Below, one piece after another: positions 56,794 through 64,000 of a DNA stretch of 64,000 bases (position 1 is the first letter of the stretch; every line of letters starts with the position of its first letter). Origin of the DNA: an uncultured Pirellulales bacterium (GTDB lineage: Bacteria > Planctomycetota > Phycisphaerae > Sedimentisphaerales > SM23-30); the NCBI GenBank assembly GCA_964482555.1, contig CAYZXY010000013.1, forward strand, positions 1,225 through 65,224, written 5' to 3'. The translations under genes were made by a program, and so were the position numbers. A model generated the notes under the pieces. It was not told where the DNA came from and did no database searches. It was given only the letters and a program-made list of their open reading frames with translations.

Positions 56794-58887
56794 TTAGATG
56801 TTTCGCAGAGTGATTCGGGCATCTGCCGCGACCGCATCGCTGCCGATCGGCCCAACGATGAAGGGGTTGATATCCATTTCCGCAATCTGGGGGAAATCGG
56901 TTACCATCTGGCTCATTCGCTGAATACCTTCCGCCAGGGCTTCCACATCCACGCCCGCCTGACCGCGAACGCCTTTGAGCAAGGCGAACGATCGCGTCGT
57001 TTGCAGCATCTGCAAGGCTTCGCGTGAGGTGATGGGGGCCAGATGGAAAGTGACGTCTTTCATCACTTCTACGAAAATGCCGCCCAGACCGAACATCAGC
57101 ATCGGACCGAACTGCGGATCGCGTGTCATACCGATAATTACCTCGCGGCCCCGCTTGCACATTTTTTCAACGTAAACACCTTCGAGCCTGGCGTCCGGCA
57201 CTCTCTGGCCGATGCGAATCATCATCAGATCAAAAGCGTCGCGGACGGCATCCGCACCGCCGAGGTTCAGTTTAACCCCGCCCAGATCCGACTTGTGCAG
57301 AATCTGAGGGGATACGATTTTCATCGCTACCGGAAAACCGATGCGTTCGGCGATATCTACCGCTTCGTCCGCGGTGGTGGCCAGACTGCCCGGCGGGACG
57401 TTGAAGTTGTAGGCCCGCAGGATTTCTTTAGCTTTCACCTCGCCGACTTGAAAGCGGCTGGAACGGATATGACGGGAAATAATGCGTTCGACACGGCGGC
57501 GATTGACCGGAAAACGCGTAACAATGCGCGGCGGACGATGACGCCAGTTGGAATAATCCACCATCGACTTGAGCGCCATGACGGCCCGTTCTGGCGAAGG
57601 ATAATCGGGGATTTTCAGTTCTATAAGAGCCTTGCGGCCGGGAATGACATCTTCCCCGCCCATGAAACAGGCCAGAATCGGCTTGCTGCCGTCGGACTGA
57701 TCGGCAATGGCCTGGGCGGTTTCGACCGGTTTGGTCATGGCCTGCGGCGTGAGAATCAGTATAATCGCATCGACCATGGTGTCTTTTTGAGCCGCTTGCA
57801 ACGCCAGGATATAGCGGTCTTCTTCGGCGTCGCCCAGCACGTCGATCGGATTGCCGACGCTGGCCGCGGCCGGCAACTGGCCTTTGAGCTCTTCAGCAAT
57901 GCTCTGGGTAAGGCTGGTTACGACCATTCCGGAGTTTTCCACGGCATCGGCGCACATGATGCCCGGGCCGCCGGCGTTGGTGATAATGGCGACGTTATTG
58001 CCTTTGGGAAGCGGCTGCATTGAGAAGGCCGTCGCGTAATCGAACAGGGCTTCAAAGGTATCTGCCCGTATAACCCCGGAACGCATGAACGCGGCGCCGT
58101 AAGCGATATCCGCTCCCGCCAGACTGCCGGTATGCGACGATGCGGCTTTCGTGCCCGCTTCGGTAGTACCTGCCTTGAGGATGATAACCGGTTTTTTGGC
58201 GGAGGAGGTTTCGGCAATTTTGACGAACTCGTCGCCGGACATGATGCTTTCCAGATAGCCGACAATGACGTCGGTTTCATCGTCTTTGGCGAAGGCTTCC
58301 AGAAAATCGTTTTCGTTCAAATCGGCTTTATTACCGATACTGAGCAGTTTGCCCAGTCCCAGATGCCGACCGGCCGCCCAGTCCAGTACCGCCGTCGCCA
58401 GTGCGCCGGACTGGGAAATAACGGAAATATTACCCGGCGTCGGCATCTTGGCGGCAAACGAAGCATTCATATTATTATGAGTGTTAATCAGGCCGAGACA
58501 GTTGGGTCCCATGAGCCGCGCGCCTTGAGAACGACAGTATGCGGCTAATTCCTCCTCCAGTTTAGCACCCTCCTGGCCTACTTCCTTAAAGCCGGCGGTG
58601 ATGACTACCAGGGATTGAGCGCCGGCCTTGATTGAACTTTCAGCGGCCGCTTTGACAAATTTAGTGGGTACGGAAATGACGCTTAGATCGATTTTGCCGT
58701 CGAATTCACTTAAATTGGGGTAACATTTCAGGCCGAGGATCTCATCCGCGGTAGGATTAACGGGAATAATCTTTCCGGAAAATCCGCCTTTGATAAGATT
58801 AGCGACAATTTCATGACCAACCTTCCCGGGAGTACGGGAAGCGCCAATAACAGCTACAATTTCAGGCTTAAAAAGGGACTCTAACAT
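56794..58887 (-). CDS. ADP-forming acetyl-CoA synthetase family protein (CoA-binding + ligase-CoA + ATP-grasp)
   Basis: VAVIGASRTPGKVG CoA-binding loop, SQSGA and GNPID motifs, and a C-terminal ATP-grasp region. Confidence 0.85.
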   Translation of the reverse strand: MLESLFKPEIVAVIGASRTPGKVGHEIVANLIKGGFSGKIIPVNPTADEILGLKCYPNLSEFDGKIDLSVISVPTKFVKAAAESSIKAGAQSLVVITAGFKEVGQEGAKLEEELAAYCRSQGARLMGPNCLGLINTHNNMNASFAAKMPTPGNISVISQSGALATAVLDWAAGRHLGLGKLLSIGNKADLNENDFLEAFAKDDETDVIVGYLESIMSGDEFVKIAETSSAKKPVIILKAGTTEAGTKAASSHTGSLAGADIAYGAAFMRSGVIRADTFEALFDYATAFSMQPLPKGNNVAIITNAGGPGIMCADAVENSGMVVTSLTQSIAEELKGQLPAAASVGNPIDVLGDAEEDRYILALQAAQKDTMVDAIILILTPQAMTKPVETAQAIADQSDGSKPILACFMGGEDVIPGRKALIELKIPDYPSPERAVMALKSMVDYSNWRHRPPRIVTRFPVNRRRVERIISRHIRSSRFQVGEVKAKEILRAYNFNVPPGSLATTADEAVDIAERIGFPVAMKIVSPQILHKSDLGGVKLNLGGADAVRDAFDLMMIRIGQRVPDARLEGVYVEKMCKRGREVIIGMTRDPQFGPMLMFGLGGIFVEVMKDVTFHLAPITSREALQMLQTTRSFALLKGVRGQAGVDVEALAEGIQRMSQMVTDFPQIAEMDINPFIVGPIGSDAVAADARITLRNI

Positions 58888-59295
58888 AAAATATCCTTAA
58901 CTCAACTAGTGGTAACAACTTATAAAATAATTCGTTAAGCAGCGATTCGTTCGCATAACAGTGTGAATGACGGACACTCATAAACCTTATCGACTTTTTA
59001 CAGAGCCAAGTATTTATCTAGTTTCAACATTTTAAAGATTCCTTCAAGTGTTTTTTAAACAGTTAGTTAAAAAAAGTATATATCACAATTACTCATTTAT
59101 TGCATTAAGAGGGGCAACGATATATTTCATTGCATTGTTTGCAGTTACGTGTTAGAAATGTTAATCTGATAAAAGACAGGTTTCGATAACATCAGAAAAA
59201 GACTGACAACAGCTATGGAGAGAATGTATCTATACACAATTGACAAAATAAATTATCTCTGGTAAAAGAGAGTCTTTACGGGGCAGGGTGGTCGC

Positions 59296-59380
59296 CAGAG
59301 GTGAAATCCCGGTGATGAAGCGTAATTGTCATAATAATTTCGAATGGCCCTGCCGGAAATAATCATACCCTGAGGGTATA
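59296..59380 (+). repeat. family-1 repeat, forward, truncated/degenerate (A/M subfamily end)
   Basis: ...GTGAAATCCCGGTGATGAAGCGTAATTGTCATAATAATTTCGAATGGCCCTGCCGGAAATAATCATACCCTGAGGGTATA. Confidence 0.55.
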
Positions 59381-59414
59381 AATTCAAAAGCCCGCCATAA
59401 ACAGGAAAAAATCT

Positions 59415-61199
59415 ATGAAAAAACGATATTTTTCATGTAATCATCACATTGTTCTAATATTGGTATGCCTGTTTTTTATTGGTTGCAAAGATTCTGAACA
59501 GGCTCAGGTCCGAAAAAATGCTGTTGAAAACATTGATGCCGGTCAGCGTCTTATGCAGGCCAGCCAGGAAAAAACGCCGCTGAGCAGCCAGGAAATCCAA
59601 TCCGTCGGCAAGGCCGTTACCGGCAAGAAACAATTATCGGAATCCGATCGGCAGCGGCTGGCGAATAATGTCTTTGAGCGTATGAGTGGGGATATGGGAA
59701 TCGGCGTTTTTGACAAAACGGTGGAAGAGATCAACCAGATGCCCGCAGAGGTCTCGACGCTGAAACCGCAAGATGTCGAGGTGTATTGTTCCAGACTGGC
59801 CCGGCTGAGCCGCGAGCTGTTGTCGGTGAGTCAATGGTTCGCCGCGGCTTCGGAGCGGGAGAGCCGGGAGCATCTGGCCCAAGCGGAAGAAAGACTGCAA
59901 AAGGCTTACCAGATGAGTCGTCAGCAGGACACACGGGAATACCGCACGGCGGCGGGGATGCTGCTGGGAACGATCAAGCTGATGCAGGCCCGGAAAATGC
60001 GAGATGATCTGTTTGCCAAAGACGCCGATATTCAGGGTCTGGTCGGAAATGCCACATCATGGATTGTGGACATCAGTGAGCTTGATAACTCAATATATCA
60101 GGCACGGGCAAACCGGCCGGCCGAATCGTTGGCCGCTCTGGAAAAGCAGCAAAGCAGCATTGTATCTATGATCGAGGCGACTCAAAAAACGATTACATCT
60201 TTGGAGCAACTGGAACAGCGTTTTCAAAGTGTACTCAAGGCCAATCTTAACATGGCCCATGACCTGCATCAGGAACATTTGCAACTGCTGGAGAAAGCGG
60301 ATGAATCAGAAGGGGACGAAAAATATGAACTGCGGAAAAAGGCCTATCAGGTACAGATGGGCCGGGATCAGGCCGCCAGCGTCGATGCAATGAACGCGGC
60401 GGAAGGGGGCATCCTTTCCCTGGAAAATGCCGCTGCCGTGCTGGATATACTGGCGGTAACGGAAAATGGAAGCAAGGGGGAATTTCATTACGAGCGCAAT
60501 GCGGAAATCGCTCAGGCCTGGCAGGAAACCGTTCAGGAGAGGATTGACTATCATAAAGGTGTATTAAAAAGGTATCAGGACCATTTTGAACGGATTGAGA
60601 ACACCATCGTGACACTGAAAACAGCCGATATATTTAATGTCGATATCGATCAGTCCATCGCGTTCGATCTTCAAAATAAGGATCAACTGGTTGAAACAGT
60701 AATGGAAAAGCTGGATGTCCTGAAAAACCTGGAGAAGGAATACAATACTTTGCGCGTTTCCGTGGTGGATTCTTATACGGAAGCTCAGAATTATTTCAGT
60801 CATGTCAATGCTTTTTCGGAAGAAATGGTTGAATATATCATCAAACCGGAATTGAAAGCGGTTTGGGAATCGGATGCATCGCATTATGAGACGCTTGGGT
60901 CGGTCGTTGGCTTGTTAACGATGGTCAAAGAATTACAGGATAAAGTTTCTCCCATGGTCGACACATTCAAAGGGGCGTTACTGGAGGCACAAAACAGCGC
61001 CGCGGATATCGAACTGAAACCCCAAGAGCCGGCAGCGACCCCGGGGCCGGAAATGCCGGATGAAGAAGCGGAAATTGACGGCACAACAGATGCCGCGGTT
61101 GAGGAAGACGGCGATACGGCGGCAACCGAAGCTGAAACGCCGCCAGATGTTGATGGTGACGGGATGGAAAACGACCCCTTTGGGGGAGGTTTCCAGTAA
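59415..61199 (+). CDS. hypothetical coiled-coil lipoprotein with acidic C-terminal tail
   Basis: Lipobox LFFIGC. Long helical, Q/E/K-rich sequence. The last ~70 aa are rich in E/D/P/T. Confidence 0.65.
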   Translation: MKKRYFSCNHHIVLILVCLFFIGCKDSEQAQVRKNAVENIDAGQRLMQASQEKTPLSSQEIQSVGKAVTGKKQLSESDRQRLANNVFERMSGDMGIGVFDKTVEEINQMPAEVSTLKPQDVEVYCSRLARLSRELLSVSQWFAAASERESREHLAQAEERLQKAYQMSRQQDTREYRTAAGMLLGTIKLMQARKMRDDLFAKDADIQGLVGNATSWIVDISELDNSIYQARANRPAESLAALEKQQSSIVSMIEATQKTITSLEQLEQRFQSVLKANLNMAHDLHQEHLQLLEKADESEGDEKYELRKKAYQVQMGRDQAASVDAMNAAEGGILSLENAAAVLDILAVTENGSKGEFHYERNAEIAQAWQETVQERIDYHKGVLKRYQDHFERIENTIVTLKTADIFNVDIDQSIAFDLQNKDQLVETVMEKLDVLKNLEKEYNTLRVSVVDSYTEAQNYFSHVNAFSEEMVEYIIKPELKAVWESDASHYETLGSVVGLLTMVKELQDKVSPMVDTFKGALLEAQNSAADIELKPQEPAATPGPEMPDEEAEIDGTTDAAVEEDGDTAATEAETPPDVDGDGMENDPFGGGFQ

Positions 61200-61205
61200 G
61201 CGGCT

Positions 61206-62141
61206 ATGTCTTATTATATGATTCTGGGATGCACCGCCAGCGGTAAGGCAAGCCTGGCGTTCGCTCTTGCCCGCCGGATCGGTGGCGAGATCATCAGCAT
61301 CGACTCCATGAAGGTTTATCGGCGGATGGATATCGGTACCGCCAAACCCTCACTGGAAAAAAAACGGGAAATACCACATCATCTCATTGATGTGGTTGAA
61401 CCCTGGCATTCATTCAGTCTGGGAAAATATGTCGAACTGGCTGAACGAGCGATTCATGATATTCGCGAACGCGAACATCCGATAATCGCGGCAGGCGGGA
61501 CGGCCATGTATATACGCGGATTGCTGGAAGGCGTTTTTGAGGGCCCTGCCGCTGATGAAGAAATCCGAAACCGACTCAAACGGGAAGCCGGGGCTGTCGG
61601 CTTGCCGGTCCTGCATGCGCGACTTGCCAGCGTCGATTCCGATTCCGCGGACAGAATCCACCCCAATGATGAGAAACGAATCATTCGAGCTCTGGAGGTC
61701 TATGAATTGACGGGAAAACCCATTTCCTCTTTTCAGAGCCAGTTCCGCAGCGGCAATTATCGCTATCCCTGGACGATCATCGGCCTGCGGCGCGACAAGG
61801 AAGATAATAACCGCCGTATCAACATGCGGGTCAAAAAAATGATCGAAATGGGACTGGTCGATGAGGTGAAATTGTTGCTGGCCGAACCGCGCGGCCTGAG
61901 CGACCAGGCGGCACAAGCGGTCGGTTATGCCGAAATTATCGACTATCTGAACGGTAAATTCACACGGGATGAAGCTATCGAGCAGATCAAGATTAACACC
62001 CGGCGTTTTGCTAAACACCAGCGAACCTGGTATCGCGGTTTCATGGATGTTAACTGGATTGATCTTGAACCGGAATCGACGGTTAATGATGTAGTCGAGA
62101 TAGTTATAAAAACAATAGAAATCTCAAAAGCGGGGCATTAG
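61206..62141 (+). CDS. miaA: tRNA dimethylallyltransferase
   Basis: P-loop GCTASGKAS, DSMKVYRRMDIGTAKP, and IAAGGTAMY motifs. Confidence 0.9.
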   Translation: MSYYMILGCTASGKASLAFALARRIGGEIISIDSMKVYRRMDIGTAKPSLEKKREIPHHLIDVVEPWHSFSLGKYVELAERAIHDIREREHPIIAAGGTAMYIRGLLEGVFEGPAADEEIRNRLKREAGAVGLPVLHARLASVDSDSADRIHPNDEKRIIRALEVYELTGKPISSFQSQFRSGNYRYPWTIIGLRRDKEDNNRRINMRVKKMIEMGLVDEVKLLLAEPRGLSDQAAQAVGYAEIIDYLNGKFTRDEAIEQIKINTRRFAKHQRTWYRGFMDVNWIDLEPESTVNDVVEIVIKTIEISKAGH

Positions 62142-62296
62142 GAGTTGCGCATAAATAGACCCCACGGGGGCTGGTTCATCACATCGTCAGTTATCGACCT
62201 TGATCAGGTAAACACACCATAGCCTTTCTGGCAACCGTCAAAACGGGGAAAACGCCTTCTTTTCTTATCTTATCCAGAATGTTTGACAAAAACCCC

Positions 62297-62761
62297 TCAC
62301 GCTGACAAATCAATATGCCCCGGTCCCGGATCATCAGTATCATCTCCCGAAGTATCATTCGTTGATTCAGCTGCCCCCACATCCTCACCGGTTGGTTCGG
62401 CAGCTTTCCCGGCGGGATTCATCGGCGGCGAAACGTCCGCATCCCCCGTTTCGGCACGGTGCAATCTACCGTCAGGATGATACAACCCCTCTCCCTGCTC
62501 TTCCATCTGCTGATGAAACTCGTAGGTATCGCGGGCGTCCTGACCGTCCCGCCGGCGTTGATCTTCGCTATGAACGACCAGGTCTTCCGTCTGGCCGGAC
62601 TCTTCCACTTCAGACTGCTTCTGCGTATGAGTCTGATTCAGCTTTCGGGTGGCGTCCGCTTTCTTGTTCCGTTCGGCGTTCTCGTTTTTATTGACTTCCC
62701 GGGCGGATATCTGAGACTGTGCAATCGACCCCAGAATATTGGGAGGAATACTGCTGGACAT
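62297..62761 (-). CDS. hypothetical acidic, probably disordered protein
   Basis: The ATG at 62761 follows a GGAGGA RBS. The composition is dominated by E/D/Q/T/G. No recognisable motif. Confidence 0.45.
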   Translation of the reverse strand: MSSSIPPNILGSIAQSQISAREVNKNENAERNKKADATRKLNQTHTQKQSEVEESGQTEDLVVHSEDQRRRDGQDARDTYEFHQQMEEQGEGLYHPDGRLHRAETGDADVSPPMNPAGKAAEPTGEDVGAAESTNDTSGDDTDDPGPGHIDLSA

Positions 62762-62977
62762 ACGATATCCTCCACGGCGAGAATGGCAGTTTAACAATAT
62801 TACTATCGACCCATCCGCAAAAAATGTTTAGAATGTTCCTCTGTAACAACAGTATGATCGATACAAATGCATACTCATATTGAGAAATAGTTTCCATAAT
62901 CCGCTTTGGGCCGGCCATTTATGCCTGATATTGTATAATTGCACATTTAACCGCGACAAACCAAAAAAGGACAGACC

Positions 62978-64000
62978 ATGCCAGATACCACCCGCCCCCT
63001 GCGACAGGGTGAAATCGACATTTTAATCGAGCAGGACTGCTGGGCCGACGATTTCAGCCTCATCGAAGTCGCAGAAGGCTTTGACGCCACCCGCGTCAGC
63101 CATACCCGTTTCTCAGGTAAAATCCAGATCGGCCGCCTCCAGAATACCAGAACCCTTCCCGGCAATCTCGCTGCGTCCGCCAGCATCGCCCACGCCCGCC
63201 TGCACAATTGCGTTATCGGCAACGACGTCTTTATCCACAACATCAACCAGGCCCTCGCCAACATGATCATCGCTGACGAGGTCATCATCTGGAATGTGGA
63301 CAGCCTGCTCACTGACGGCGAAACCACCTTCGGTAACGGCACCGAAATCACCGTCATCAATGAAGCCGGCGGCCGCGAAGTTCCGATTTTCGAAGAGCTT
63401 CCCGGCCAACTGGCTTACATGATTGCCCTTTACCGCCATCGTCCCGCCTTCCAGGACAAAATCAAAGAAATTATCGCTGCATATTGCGCCACACTAAAAT
63501 CCGACATCGGCTACGTCGGCCGCGGCTCCATCCTGACCAACTGCGGTAACCTGCGAAACCTTCGCATCGGCCCGGCCGCTACCCTCGACGGCGCCGTCCG
63601 CCTGACCAATACCACCATCAACAGCGGCCCCGAAGACCCGGCATACATCGGACCTGCCGTAATCACTGAAAATGCAATCATCAGCGCCGGCGCGAAAGTC
63701 ACCGACGGCGTTATTCTGGAAAACTGCTTTGTCGGTCAGGGAGTTCACTTGAAAAAGCAGTTCACCGCCGAAAATTCCATCTTTCTGGCTAATTTCGAAG
63801 GCTTTCAGGGCGAAGCCTGCTCCCTTTTCGCCGGCCCTTATACCGTCACACACCACAAATCTACTCTGCTTATCGCCGGCTTGGTCTCCTTCTTCAATGC
63901 CGGCAGCGGCACCAACCAGAGCAACCATCTCTACAAACTTGGCCCCGGTCTCCAGGGCGTTCTCGAACGCGGCTGCAAGACCGCCTCCGACGGCTATGTC
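62978..64000 (+). CDS. DUF4954-family protein (left-handed beta-helix repeats), 3' end outside the window
   Basis: Not in the supplied ORF track because no stop is reached. My own translation from the ATG at 62978 is open for 341 codons. FGNGTEITVINEAGGREVPIFEELPGQLAYMIALYRHRP matches my recollection of DUF4954. Confidence 0.7.
   Translation, partial: MPDTTRPLRQGEIDILIEQDCWADDFSLIEVAEGFDATRVSHTRFSGKIQIGRLQNTRTLPGNLAASASIAHARLHNCVIGNDVFIHNINQALANMIIADEVIIWNVDSLLTDGETTFGNGTEITVINEAGGREVPIFEELPGQLAYMIALYRHRPAFQDKIKEIIAAYCATLKSDIGYVGRGSILTNCGNLRNLRIGPAATLDGAVRLTNTTINSGPEDPAYIGPAVITENAIISAGAKVTDGVILENCFVGQGVHLKKQFTAENSIFLANFEGFQGEACSLFAGPYTVTHHKSTLLIAGLVSFFNAGSGTNQSNHLYKLGPGLQGVLERGCKTASDGYV

Noticed and set aside
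59281-59325. GGTGAAATCCCGG within GGGCAGGGTGGTCGCCAGAGGTGAAATCCCGGTGATGAAGCG as a cobalamin-riboswitch fragment.
   Set aside because: There is no B12 box and no other conserved core elements. The segment aligns instead with the degenerate 5' half of a family-1 repeat copy.

Overview
This 64-kb window looks like ordinary chromosome from an anaerobic, polysaccharide-degrading bacterium. Gene content hints at the PVC superphylum (Planctomycetota/Phycisphaerae-like): a 'small basic protein' and a Chlamydia-style permease-repressor fusion. That placement is inference from memory; nothing was searched. I call about 50 protein genes and 2 tRNAs.

Gene content:
- Arabinan/fucoside hydrolases (GH127-like, GH51-like, GH29).
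- A ytgABCD-like metal ABC importer whose first permease carries a DtxR-type repressor domain.
- Housekeeping genes: dus, nrnA, pcm, eno, zwf, proB, pdxB, rpiB, miaA, a Sua5/LMW-PTP fusion, and a homocysteine methyltransferase/MTHFR fusion.
- A two-component module: response regulator with an excisionase-type HTH, an HDOD histidine kinase, and a pseudo-receiver/GAF protein.
- An acetate/acetyl-CoA pair.

Two things stand out:
1. The intergenic DNA is saturated with short structured repeats.
   - The main family is about 105 nt (TATAC...GTATA) with two hairpins and a terminal TACCC-N-GGGTA inverted repeat. There are about 15 near-full copies plus fragments.
   - Between co-directional genes, 8 of 9 copies share one orientation relative to transcription.
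   - In two cases the repeat end supplies the last codons and the stop codon of a gene.
   - Two related smaller families also occur. One is a 58-nt module that always points at a gene start. The other is a 92-nt element seen in two operon leaders.
2. A minus-strand gene cluster (33.7-42.7 kb) resembles a type II FAS/PKS system. It encodes a canonical ketosynthase, a ketosynthase-like partner with Cys-to-Asp and His-to-Asn substitutions, two FabZ-like dehydratases, an unusually long ACP, an aminotransferase, an alpha/beta hydrolase and a GH3-type adenylating amido-synthetase. Its internal spacers are filled with the repeats.

A structured, terminator-capped noncoding region of about 280 nt upstream of tRNA-Ser is a candidate ncRNA.

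All family names come from motifs visible in the translations and from recall. No database search was run.
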